Part shown: piece by piece, positions 36,994 to 46,435 of the stretch
Layout of the letters: each line of letters begins with the position of its first letter
Numbering within the stretch: position 1 is the first letter of the stretch
From: a virus
Reading direction: 5' to 3' (one strand)
DNA length: 64,000 nt
IMG/VR virus record: IMGVR_UViG_3300021364_000008
Location: 1-64,000 of that record
Position numbers and translations under genes: made by a program
Notes under the pieces: model-generated
What the model was told of the DNA's origin: nothing
The model's input: only the letters and a program-made list of their open reading frames with translations
Database searches by the model: none

Positions 36994-37610
36994 ATCTATT
37001 AATCCAATTAGTTCTGAAAGATGGGTCCAAGCACAATCTGGTGAAGTTGCACATTATGATTATGAAAATGTTGATAATTATAAAAATTCCGCAATGGTTA
37101 TTTTAAAAGATCATTTTGGAATTGATGTTGAGAAAGATTTGATGGGTAAAAAAAGTTTTAGAATCTGGTGGTGGATGTCATCCCGCTATCAGTTTTTGTA
37201 GTGGATTGAAGAAAGCGGTGAATGTTGAACCACTTTATGATAAGTTTCCTGAAAATATTAAAGAAAATTTGAATAATTTGAATATTGAATGCGTATCTAA
37301 AGCATTTGAAGATTATAAAAGTCTAGTTAAGTTTGATGAAGTTTGGCTTTTTAATGTTCTTCAACATGTACGGGATCCTTTTATGCAAATTGAAAATGCG
37401 AAAAAACTAGGAAATATTGTTAGAATCTTTGAACCTATTGACACTGCAATTAATAATGAACATCCCCACAGCTTTACAATGAAATTTTTTGAAGAACAGT
37501 TCCCAGATGCTGATGTTAAAATGTATCAAGGTGGATCTGTTGCTAGATTTCATGGAGCAAATTGTGCATATTTGACTTGGACTAAAACTAATGAAAAAAA
37601 ATCTTCATAA
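36986..37610 (+). pseudogene. SAM-dependent methyltransferase split by a +1 frameshift (or sequence error)
   Basis: Removing one A from A7 (37148-37154) joins both ORFs via GKKVLESGGGCHP; NVLQHV downstream. Confidence 0.75.
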
Positions 37611-38295
37611 TATTGATTTAATTTCAATTAATTGTGTTGATCCATATCAATCAGCAGCAGCAATTAATTATTGTCAAAAATTTTTTAATTTTGGTAATAG
37701 TATTTTAATTACTCATCAAGATATTGATGTAGATAATATTGAACTTCATCTAATTGATAAGCTCGATTGGTATCAATACAACGATCATGTTTTAAAACTA
37801 ATTGATCACACGGATAACGATTATGTTCTACTAATTCAAGATGATGGGCACATTGTAAACTCGGATTTGTGGGATGATGAATTTTTAAAATATGACTATA
37901 TTGGAGCTCCATGGCCAAATGAAGAAAGTTGGATTACTTTGCAGCATAAAGATCAGCAAGATCACATGAGAAAAGTATTTTTACAAAATCGTGTTGGTAA
38001 TGGTGGTTTTTGTTTGAGGAGTAAAAAATTTCTTGAATTTTCATCGCAGTATGATACTTGTGATGGATTGGGTGAAGATAGTTTTCTTTGTACTAGAAAG
38101 TATGAAGAAGCAATTCAATATGGAATTAAGTTTGCCCCTTTGGAAGTTGCTGTAAAATTTGCATATGAAAATCCTTGTATTGAATTTGGAACTACTTGGA
38201 ATCAACCTATTTTATTTGATAAGGAAAAGCATTTTGGGTGGCATGGTAAAAACTTCTTAAATACTCATGAGTTAATGAATTTAAAGTATCATTGA
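37591..38295 (+). CDS. DUF5672-like glycosyltransferase-related protein
   Basis: LLIQDDG, YDYIGAPW, VGNGGFCLRS, ED, FGWH. Confidence 0.75.
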   Translation: MKKNLHNIDLISINCVDPYQSAAAINYCQKFFNFGNSILITHQDIDVDNIELHLIDKLDWYQYNDHVLKLIDHTDNDYVLLIQDDGHIVNSDLWDDEFLKYDYIGAPWPNEESWITLQHKDQQDHMRKVFLQNRVGNGGFCLRSKKFLEFSSQYDTCDGLGEDSFLCTRKYEEAIQYGIKFAPLEVAVKFAYENPCIEFGTTWNQPILFDKEKHFGWHGKNFLNTHELMNLKYH

Positions 38296-38296
38296 T

Positions 38297-39286
38297 ATGA
38301 AAATATTAGTCACAGGATCTGCAGGTTTATTGGGCGCAAATTACACGAGACATCTTTTAAATCGAGGCCATACTGTAATCGGAGTTGATAATTTTTCTGG
38401 AGGATATAAAGCATTTCTCCCTAAAAATGATCAATTTAAGTTTTATAAAGTAAATTTGGAAAATAGAAAAAAAGTAAAAGAAGTTTTTGAAAAAGAAAAT
38501 CCGGAAATAACATATCACTTTGCTGCATATGCTGCAGAAGGATTATCTCCTTTTATCAGAAATTATAATTATCGTAATAATGTCATTTGTTCTGCAAATA
38601 TTATTAACGAGTGTATTAATTATGATTCAAAACTGGTTTTTACTTCAAGTATGGCAGTTTATGGAGAACAGCAACCTCCATTTACTGAAGACTTGAGACC
38701 AATGCCAGTAGATCCGTATGGTGTTGCAAAATATTCTGTAGAAGTTGATTTGAAACTTGCGGGAAATCAATTTGGATTAAAATATAATATAGTCAGACCT
38801 CATAATGTTCTTGGAAAATATCAAAACATTTGGGACAGATATCGTAATGTAATTGGAATCTTTATTCGTAAAGCAATTTTAGGCAAACCTTTATTGGTAT
38901 ATGGTGATGGTACTCAGACAAGAGCATTCTCTGACATTAAATATTATATGGATCCATTTGATAAATTGCTAGATAATTTTCATGGAGAGACATTCAATAT
39001 TGGAGCAGATAGATATTTTGCAATTAATGAAGCGGCAGAAACTGTAAAAAATGTTGCGGCAAAATATGGATATTCTACTACCATAGAACATGGTGAGCCA
39101 AGACATGAGGTTAAACATGCTTATTGTGATCATACAAAGGCAAAAACACTTTTAAACTTTGTTGATAATACGGAACTAGAACCTTTAATTGATAGTATGT
39201 TTGAGTGGGCAATTAAGCAACCGAACAGAAAAGTTAAAGATATGGAGTATGAAGTAACAAAAGACATTTACGATTATTGGAAATGA
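38297..39286 (+). CDS. NAD-dependent epimerase/dehydratase
   Basis: TGSAGLLG, SSMAVYG, YGVAK, GDGTQTRAF. Confidence 0.9.
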   Translation: MKILVTGSAGLLGANYTRHLLNRGHTVIGVDNFSGGYKAFLPKNDQFKFYKVNLENRKKVKEVFEKENPEITYHFAAYAAEGLSPFIRNYNYRNNVICSANIINECINYDSKLVFTSSMAVYGEQQPPFTEDLRPMPVDPYGVAKYSVEVDLKLAGNQFGLKYNIVRPHNVLGKYQNIWDRYRNVIGIFIRKAILGKPLLVYGDGTQTRAFSDIKYYMDPFDKLLDNFHGETFNIGADRYFAINEAAETVKNVAAKYGYSTTIEHGEPRHEVKHAYCDHTKAKTLLNFVDNTELEPLIDSMFEWAIKQPNRKVKDMEYEVTKDIYDYWK

Positions 39287-39987
39287 AACCTATTCATGTA
39301 TTTTTAAGACAATGTTATTATTCGCCAAATAGTGCATTGCCCAACAGACACAGACCAGATTGGTTTGATAAAGAAAAAATTTTTAATAACTTTAAAAAAA
39401 CTATCGATACAAATCTTGCAGATTATACGATTGTATATGATGAGAAGTATGGATCAATAAAAGATACATTTTTAAAAGATGAGCAAAATGTAGAGATTGT
39501 TAATTTTGGATATGAAGCGGGAAGTTTTTCAAGAACTGTTGATATTGCTTTAGAAAAAGGATTATCAAACGACACTGTTGTTTATTTTTTAGAGGACGAT
39601 TATCTTCATCGTCCTGGATGGTGCAAAATCCTTTTAGAGGGTTTCACTCTTCCGACACAATATATTTCGTTATATGATCATCTTGACAAATATCTTGACG
39701 GTGGGTATGATACTCTCGTGTCAAAAATTTTAATAAGTGAAAGCATTCATTGGAGAACAACTCCATCAACATGTAATACTTATGCCACAAAGATTCAAAC
39801 ACTAATTGAAGATTATTCAATTCATAAGCATTATAGCGATGCTTCTCCGGATGGAGTATCTATGGACCATGCTAAATTTGTACATCTTGGAAATAATGGT
39901 AAAAGATTAATCACATCCATTCCTGGATATTCGACTCATTGTGATCACTTACAATCTCCTACTATTGATTGGAAAACTTATCTATGA
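39283..39987 (+). CDS. Putative GT-A glycosyltransferase
   Basis: VYFLEDDYLH, SLYDHLDKY, PGYSTH. Confidence 0.65.
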   Translation: MKPIHVFLRQCYYSPNSALPNRHRPDWFDKEKIFNNFKKTIDTNLADYTIVYDEKYGSIKDTFLKDEQNVEIVNFGYEAGSFSRTVDIALEKGLSNDTVVYFLEDDYLHRPGWCKILLEGFTLPTQYISLYDHLDKYLDGGYDTLVSKILISESIHWRTTPSTCNTYATKIQTLIEDYSIHKHYSDASPDGVSMDHAKFVHLGNNGKRLITSIPGYSTHCDHLQSPTIDWKTYL

Positions 39988-40769
39988 ATTGTATTCTGTA
40001 TCTTGTCAGATCTTCTGATAAAGATTTGATTGATTTTAATAAATCATTAGAACTATTGGAAAAAAACTTGATCCCATTTACAAAAAATGTGGATTTAGTT
40101 GTTTTTTGTGAAAATTCTTTTGACGAATATAAGTCTGAAGTTAAAACAAATTTGAATATTAAATATCAAGAAATTGAGTTCAAAGTTCCAGATTATCCTA
40201 AAGAAATTAAAGATAATATTCCCGATTTTTTCCCACATCCAACTCATGGAAATGGTCCAGTTGCTTGGGGACATCCTGGATTTTCTATGGGATATCGTCA
40301 TATGTGTAGATTTTTCTCTGGACAAATTTATGAATTTGATATTCTTAAAGCATATGACTATTACTTAAGACTCGATACAGATTCATTTATTCATACTCCT
40401 CTCAATTATGATATCTTTGAGTGGGCTAAAAAGAATGAGTGTTATTATGGATACATTTCTCCAGCGGTTCAGAGAGATAATGAAAAAGTTATTGATGGAC
40501 TTTGGGAGTATGTGAACCAGTTTTATCCTAATAATATTTCTAATGGAATGATGTTTTATACAAATTTTGAATTAGCAAAAACATCTTGGTTTTCTACAAG
40601 TCAATATAAAAACTTTTATAACTTAATTGATAAATGTGGTGGAATTTATACCAAAAGATGGGGAGATGCTCCTATTAAATTTTTGGGCATAAATTTATTC
40701 ATGGATAAAAAACATATTATTCCTGTACAGGGATTCACTTATCAACATGGCGCAATTTATACGGTATGA
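39984..40769 (+). CDS. GT15 (KRE2/MNT1-like) mannosyltransferase
   Basis: YRHMCRFFSG, YDYYLRLD, YTNFE, RWGDAP. Confidence 0.82.
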   Translation: MNCILYLVRSSDKDLIDFNKSLELLEKNLIPFTKNVDLVVFCENSFDEYKSEVKTNLNIKYQEIEFKVPDYPKEIKDNIPDFFPHPTHGNGPVAWGHPGFSMGYRHMCRFFSGQIYEFDILKAYDYYLRLDTDSFIHTPLNYDIFEWAKKNECYYGYISPAVQRDNEKVIDGLWEYVNQFYPNNISNGMMFYTNFELAKTSWFSTSQYKNFYNLIDKCGGIYTKRWGDAPIKFLGINLFMDKKHIIPVQGFTYQHGAIYTV

Positions 40770-41560
40770 TGGATAAAAATAAATCTGCATATAAATTTAA
40801 ATCAATCCCCCCAATATATTACTTAAATCTTGATGATCAACCAGAAAGAAAAGATTATATGGAGGATCAATTTAAGTATTGGGAGATTGATAATTATACT
40901 CGCATTTCTGCATATGATGGTAGGGATGATGATTTGAGTGATATTATCAAAGGAAGATATCCAGAAATGATGTCTTCTAGTGAAATAGGTTGTACTACTT
41001 CTCATCTCAAGGCAATTAAACATTGGATGGAAACATCAGATAGTCCATATGCAATCATTATGGAAGATGATTGTAACTTAGAAAGTGCCAGTTATTGGAA
41101 CTTTTCTTTGGCAGATTTTATTGCTCGTGCTCCTTATGCCTGGGATGTTCTTCAAATAGCAATTATTTGTACTGGAAATATTGTTGTTCCAGTACACAAT
41201 AGATTTGTAAATGAGTTTTCTACTGCTTGTTATATTATTACTAGACACCATGCAGAAAAACTTATAAGAAATCACGTTCGAGGAAATAAATATAAACTTG
41301 ATAATGGAGTCAAACCAAGAGCTGTTGCTGATGATTTAATTTACAATTCTGGGTGTACTTATTCTTGTCCCCTATTATTGTATAAAATTGACCTTGGATC
41401 TTCTATTCATCCAGATCATGTTGACATTTTTCATAAAAACAGTTATGATGGTATTCTGAACTTTTGGAAAACCCAGGGATATCAACTTGGTATAGAACAT
41501 ATCACTAAGTATGATCCATATTTTGGAAGAGTTTCTGAAAGTTCCCATCAAGATACTTGA
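40766..41560 (+). CDS. Glycosyltransferase family 25
   Basis: YYLNLD..ERK, RISAYDG, EIGCTTSH, IMEDD. Confidence 0.85.
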   Translation: MMDKNKSAYKFKSIPPIYYLNLDDQPERKDYMEDQFKYWEIDNYTRISAYDGRDDDLSDIIKGRYPEMMSSSEIGCTTSHLKAIKHWMETSDSPYAIIMEDDCNLESASYWNFSLADFIARAPYAWDVLQIAIICTGNIVVPVHNRFVNEFSTACYIITRHHAEKLIRNHVRGNKYKLDNGVKPRAVADDLIYNSGCTYSCPLLLYKIDLGSSIHPDHVDIFHKNSYDGILNFWKTQGYQLGIEHITKYDPYFGRVSESSHQDT

Positions 41561-41643
41561 CATTTGTTAAGTAATCCTTTATACTAAATACTCCCTTAAG
41601 AGTTAATATTCTCTTAAGATTCCCGTTATTTTTAGCTTAATTT

Positions 41644-42468
41644 ATGAAATTTTCTAATCTTTTTGCAACTGCAGTAATTGCATCTTCTACTATTGCTGCT
41701 CCCGCAATGGCAACTCCACAGGGACAGTTTCCTGATGTCCAGCCTACTAACTGGGCATATCAAGCTATCCTGAACCTCAAGGAGCGTTATGGTTGTGCTG
41801 AAGGGTTTCCTAATGGCACCTTTCGTCCAGGTCAACCAGCCACTCGTGCTGAACTTGCAGCACTAACCAACCATTGTCTTGATAATATCACCCAGTTCTA
41901 TAGTGCTGCTGATGCTAAACTAGCTGCTGCTCTTCGTGCAGAATTCAATCCTCGTCTAACTTCACTTGAAGTTGCTGCTGAGCGTAAAGAACTTGGAGTT
42001 GGTAACTATGCAGGTCTTGCATTCAGTGGTTATTCTACTGATGGCAATTCTGACGGTAATGACTATGCTGCTGGTGCAACTCTGACTGGTCGTGCTCGTC
42101 TTTATGAGTGGGATAATAATGTAGCAGTTTCTCTGCGTCCTGAACTCTCCTTCATGGATAATAATCAAACTACTCTGGGTGGTGCTGCAACCATTGACTT
42201 CCCTGTAGGTCGTCGTACTCTGAGTGATGGTTCTAAGGTTGCTTCTTGGAATGTCTATGCAGGTGCTGGTGTTGGTGGTGCTATTGGTGCTGCCGATAAT
42301 ACCTACAACATGTACGGTGAAAATACTGATGGTTATGGTGTTCTTGGTACTGAGGTCAGTGTCAGTAATAACTTTGTTGCCTTTGCAAATGTGAAGTTTC
42401 CCTTTGGTGACAATAGTGTAGATAGTTACTCTCCTGTTGGCACTGTCGGAGGAGGATTCAAGTTTTAA
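41644..42468 (+). CDS. Secreted SLH-domain outer-membrane protein (cyanobacterial porin-like N-terminus)
   Basis: Signal peptide; FPDVQPTNWAYQA..GFPNGTFRP..TRAE; beta-strand C-terminus ending Phe; TTGACA(41557)-17-TATACT. Confidence 0.8.
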   Translation: MKFSNLFATAVIASSTIAAPAMATPQGQFPDVQPTNWAYQAILNLKERYGCAEGFPNGTFRPGQPATRAELAALTNHCLDNITQFYSAADAKLAAALRAEFNPRLTSLEVAAERKELGVGNYAGLAFSGYSTDGNSDGNDYAAGATLTGRARLYEWDNNVAVSLRPELSFMDNNQTTLGGAATIDFPVGRRTLSDGSKVASWNVYAGAGVGGAIGAADNTYNMYGENTDGYGVLGTEVSVSNNFVAFANVKFPFGDNSVDSYSPVGTVGGGFKF

Positions 42469-42557
42469 TTTTATCTTAAAATCTAAATAAAATGCAAAGA
42501 GGTGCTTGACACCTCTTTCTTTTTGATCTACAATACTCTTGTAAATCTTCATATATT

Positions 42558-42767
42558 ATGACTGTTACAACTGAAGACGGTGGACGCCAAAACATGTTTG
42601 CCGTTGAACCACAAATGTACATTACGGAGGAAGACATGGAAAATCATGTAACTGAAACTCATAACGAAAGGGCTGAAAAACTGAATGGAAGAGTTGCTAT
42701 GGTGTCAATTATGTTGGCATTTATTTCCTACTTTACTACAGGAACACTTGCATTTGGTTTGTTTTGA
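42558..42767 (+). CDS. hli: High-light inducible protein
   Basis: AEKLNGRVAM + TM helix; TTEDGGRQNMFA N-terminus; TTGACA(42506)-17-TACAAT. Confidence 0.92.
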   Translation: MTVTTEDGGRQNMFAVEPQMYITEEDMENHVTETHNERAEKLNGRVAMVSIMLAFISYFTTGTLAFGLF

Positions 42768-42783
42768 TATAGAATGAGTATTT

Positions 42784-42830
42784 AAAACTTCGAGCATTAT
42801 AAATAATAATATATTAATGCTCGGAGTTTT
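42784..42830 (+). promoter_or_regulatory. 16-bp hairpin/terminator with TATAAATA at the loop, upstream of lysozyme
   Basis: AAAACTTCGAGCATTA / TAATGCTCGGAGTTTT; TATAAATA 42798-42805. Confidence 0.7.
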
Positions 42831-42873
42831 TTATGCTTCCAAAGTAGAGACAATTCTGGAAGATTTGTGAAAA

Positions 42874-43509
42874 ATGACTATTAAAATACTGGATGCTGTA
42901 AAATATCATAAAGATTTACCACATCAAATAGATGCCTGGGAGTACCTACAAAAAAATATTAATGATGAAACGCTATATGAATTTGCAAGCATATACAGGA
43001 ATCTAAAAGTAGAATCGCCAACCAATAATCCTAATGAAGTACCGTTGGTTGGCGTTAATTTAATTAAAGAGTTTGAGGGGTGTCATCTGGAGGCATATCC
43101 TGACCCTCTTACAGGAGGACTCCCAATCACAATCGGTTGGGGGTCCACAAGAGACGAAAACGGAAAACCATTCAAGTTGGGTACAAAGATTTCTCAGCAA
43201 ACTGCTGACGATCTTCTCATTTCACAAATAAAGAATGAGTTTCTTCCTCCATTGACTCAGATTCCTTATTGGAATCGAATGAATATGAATCAGAGAGGAG
43301 CACTTCTCTCATTTGCATATAACTTGGGTGCAAGATTCTATGGTTCTTCTGGTTTTAATACAATCAGTAGAGTCCTGAAGAATAGACAGTGGAATAAAGT
43401 TCCTGATGCACTATATCTTTATCGTAATCCGGGAACAAATGTAGAAGCTGGATTGAAAAGGAGGAGAATTGCTGAAGGGAAACTTTTTCTGGAAGGACTT
43501 AATAAATAA
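42874..43509 (+). CDS. Phage lysozyme (GH24)
   Basis: LIKEFEG..AYPD..TIGWG, ALLSFAYNLG, GLKRRR.AE. Confidence 0.92.
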   Translation: MTIKILDAVKYHKDLPHQIDAWEYLQKNINDETLYEFASIYRNLKVESPTNNPNEVPLVGVNLIKEFEGCHLEAYPDPLTGGLPITIGWGSTRDENGKPFKLGTKISQQTADDLLISQIKNEFLPPLTQIPYWNRMNMNQRGALLSFAYNLGARFYGSSGFNTISRVLKNRQWNKVPDALYLYRNPGTNVEAGLKRRRIAEGKLFLEGLNK

Positions 43510-43604
43510 TTGTTCTTATGTGTGTCCCAATCAGAAGCAAAGATTGAGTGTTTTCTGGCATTCTACGCAAACGAGAAAGACTATAAATACTTAAAAAACT
43601 TCCC

Positions 43605-43940
43605 ATGGCATCAGTAAGTTCAGTTAATTTAGTTATTCAAAAAGGAACTTATTTTGAAGAAACTATTTCACTAACCGCTGAAGATGGATTTGGATTAAAT
43701 TTAAATAATGCGACAGCGACTTGCAAATTGAGAAAGTATCCTACTGCAGGAATTGCTTATACATTTTCAACAACAACGACTGTTTCTGATAGTACTGTTA
43801 AAATCATAATGACATCTGATAAAACTGCAGAACTGCCGAGTGGAAGGTGCTATTATGACATTCTTATAACATATTCAAGTGGTCTTATTTCTAAAGTTTT
43901 GGAAGGAAATGTTCTGGTACAGGAGACCGCATCCCTATGA
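43605..43940 (+). CDS. Virion structural/adaptor protein
   Basis: NLVIQKG, GRCYYDI, KVLEGNV; TATAAATA upstream. Confidence 0.7.
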   Translation: MASVSSVNLVIQKGTYFEETISLTAEDGFGLNLNNATATCKLRKYPTAGIAYTFSTTTTVSDSTVKIIMTSDKTAELPSGRCYYDILITYSSGLISKVLEGNVLVQETASL

Positions 43941-44236
43941 CTATCAATGTCAGAGTTGTAACCAGTAAAGAAAAAATCAAAGCAACAGTAGCATCAGGAG
44001 TAATCATGCCACGAACTCTAGATGAGTTATTAGATGTAGATGTTTCTGGAGTGAGTGATAAATATGTGATTATGTATGATGCAACTACTCAGAAATATAC
44101 TGCAGTAAATCCCGACGAAGTTCTTTCTGCATCATCTACTACAGAACCTGAGCAACCTGGATTGCCGAATGATTTTGTAGATACATTAGATACTGATCTT
44201 GATGATCGTATTGATCTTGATGCAGGAACTTTTTAG
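43937..44236 (+). CDS. Small structural protein
   Basis: LDELLDVD, C-terminal DAGTF. Confidence 0.6.
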   Translation: MTINVRVVTSKEKIKATVASGVIMPRTLDELLDVDVSGVSDKYVIMYDATTQKYTAVNPDEVLSASSTTEPEQPGLPNDFVDTLDTDLDDRIDLDAGTF

Positions 44237-44271
44237 AGTCTAAATAGTGATATAAACACGAATAAAAGAAG

Positions 44272-45591
44272 ATGGCAGCTCCTGTTCTGCAGTTTAAGAG
44301 GGGTCTTCTTACTAATCTTCCCGGTTTGAGGGCAGGTGAACCTGGATTTACTACAGATAGTTACGATTTTTATGTTGGTCTTACCTCAGAAACTTCAACT
44401 AATAAATTCTTTGGATCTCATCGTTACTGGATCAAAGAAACAACTTCTACTGGTAGTGCAGTTAATCTGGTAGAAGGAACTTCTAATGGTTCGGATTATA
44501 TTAGTATTAAATCTCCAGATTCTCTTGCTGGAATTGTAACTTATGTTCTTCCAGGAACTCAAGGAAACTCTTCTACGGTACTTACAAATGATGGAAGTGG
44601 AAATCTAAGTTGGGCAGGCGGTTCTGCAAACCCAGTATTTACAGGTATTGCAACTTTTTCGGACACAACAGATAATACTTTAGGTGATTCTGATACTGGT
44701 TCCGTTCAGATTGATGGTGGACTTGGAATTGATAAGAACACTACAGTTGGTGCCAACCTGAATGTTCAAGGATATTCTGAATTTGTTGGAGTCTCAACTT
44801 TCGGTAGTGATCTTGATGTTAACGCATCAGCAGATATCTCTACCGATTTAAGTGTAGGACAAAATCTTTCAGTTACTGGTGTTTCTACATTTACTGGAGC
44901 AATTGATGCCAATGGTGGTGCAGATATTTCTGGCGGTGAAACTATATTATCTTCTGCAACTGTTAGTGACTTAACATCAGGTAGAGTTGTTCTTGCAGGA
45001 ATTTCTGGTGCATTAGAAGACAGTGGAAACTTAACTTTTAATGGTTCAACTTTAACCGTAGTTGGATATGCTGATTTAGATGATGTAAATGTTTCATCTG
45101 CACTTTCAGCACCAACAATAAGTGTAACCAACATAAAAGCAGCAGATGATACTGCAGGATTAACAATTGCAAATTCAACTGGTGCAGTTACAGCAAGTCA
45201 TAACTTAATAGTTCAAGGAAATCTTTATATAAATGGTTCTACAACTCAAGTCAATACAACTTCCTTAACTGTTGAAGATACATTAGTTGAACTTGGTTTA
45301 GTTGATGGTAGTCTTCCTACAACTGATGTAAATCGTGATTTGGGAATTATCTTTAATTATTATACGGTTTCTGCAAAGAAAGCAGCAGTTTATTGGGACG
45401 ACAGTACAAGTCGTATTGCTCTTGCTGCTGAAGTCAGTGAAAGTTCAAGTGTATTAACTGCATCAACTTATGCACCAATTGAAGTTGGTGCTCTTTGGGT
45501 TAATGACTGTGCGGGTCAATCACAAGTCATTTCTTGTACTGGAAGTGAAAGATTCTTGGAAAATATTACAATTGATTGTGGAACTTTTTGA
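44272..45591 (+). CDS. Tail fibre-like structural protein
   Basis: LQFKRG..GEPGF N-terminus; G/S/T-rich; C-terminal DCGTF. Confidence 0.75.
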   Translation: MAAPVLQFKRGLLTNLPGLRAGEPGFTTDSYDFYVGLTSETSTNKFFGSHRYWIKETTSTGSAVNLVEGTSNGSDYISIKSPDSLAGIVTYVLPGTQGNSSTVLTNDGSGNLSWAGGSANPVFTGIATFSDTTDNTLGDSDTGSVQIDGGLGIDKNTTVGANLNVQGYSEFVGVSTFGSDLDVNASADISTDLSVGQNLSVTGVSTFTGAIDANGGADISGGETILSSATVSDLTSGRVVLAGISGALEDSGNLTFNGSTLTVVGYADLDDVNVSSALSAPTISVTNIKAADDTAGLTIANSTGAVTASHNLIVQGNLYINGSTTQVNTTSLTVEDTLVELGLVDGSLPTTDVNRDLGIIFNYYTVSAKKAAVYWDDSTSRIALAAEVSESSSVLTASTYAPIEVGALWVNDCAGQSQVISCTGSERFLENITIDCGTF

Positions 45592-45594
45592 TAA

Positions 45595-45792
45595 ATGAAC
45601 GAAGAAGATTATAAAGCAATTATTGCAACCTATCAACAGAAAGCATTTGAGTTATTCAATCAAAATATTGTATTGGAAACTCAATTGAATTCTTTTAAGC
45701 AAAAAGTTGAGACTTTAACTCAAGAAAATGTAAAATTAAAAGCAGCAAAAGCAAGAAAAACCAAAGCAACAGAAAGTGAGGACTTTACATAA
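45595..45792 (+). CDS. Small coiled-coil protein (possible fibre chaperone)
   Basis: Heptad pattern; lies between fibre genes. Confidence 0.6.
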   Translation: MNEEDYKAIIATYQQKAFELFNQNIVLETQLNSFKQKVETLTQENVKLKAAKARKTKATESEDFT

Positions 45793-45854
45793 ATAATAAA
45801 AATAACCCATTATATAATGGGAAGAAATCACAGTATATACCGATATGAAGATAT

Positions 45855-46433
45855 ATGGCGAATCCAAATGTAAGAATTAAAAGGTCCTCTGTTGCAGGAA
45901 AAAGACCAACAATAGCACAACTTGAATTGGGAGAATTAGCTCTTAATACAAATGATGGTAGATTATTTACAAGAAAAGATAATGTCGGTATAGGTACTAC
46001 TGTTACATTATTAAATCCCTGGACGGAAAATATTGGTGGTGGTACATATTATAATGATGGAAATGTTGGAATAGGGGTAACTGTTCCAACAACAGAATTA
46101 GAAGTTTCTGGAACAATCAAAGCAAATGACTTTGATTCATTGTCAGATCAAAATTTAAAAGAAAACATAAGAACTTTAGAAAATCCACTAGAAAAAATAT
46201 TATCAATTAATGGAGTATCATTTAATTGGAGACATAGCAAAGAACCATCAATTGGAGTAATCGCACAAGAAGTAGAAGAGATATTCCCAGAACTTGTAAA
46301 TACAAATGAATTCAAATCGGTTAATTATAATGGATTGATTGGAGTTTTAATTGAGGCAGTTAAAGAACTTAAGACTGAAGTCAACGAACTCAGGTCACAA
46401 ATAAATAGTACCATAAGAAATGATGTATCATAA
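45855..46433 (+). CDS. Short fibre protein with S74 intramolecular chaperone
   Basis: IKRSSVAGKRP..GELALN; SDQNLKENI, GVIAQEVE, VNYNGL. Confidence 0.85.
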   Translation: MANPNVRIKRSSVAGKRPTIAQLELGELALNTNDGRLFTRKDNVGIGTTVTLLNPWTENIGGGTYYNDGNVGIGVTVPTTELEVSGTIKANDFDSLSDQNLKENIRTLENPLEKILSINGVSFNWRHSKEPSIGVIAQEVEEIFPELVNTNEFKSVNYNGLIGVLIEAVKELKTEVNELRSQINSTIRNDVS

Positions 46434-46435
46434 AA

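Noticed and set aside
43515-43585. Possible small RNA or peptide between lysozyme and structural genes
   Set aside because: Only short, weak stems and a 9-codon ORF; insufficient support.
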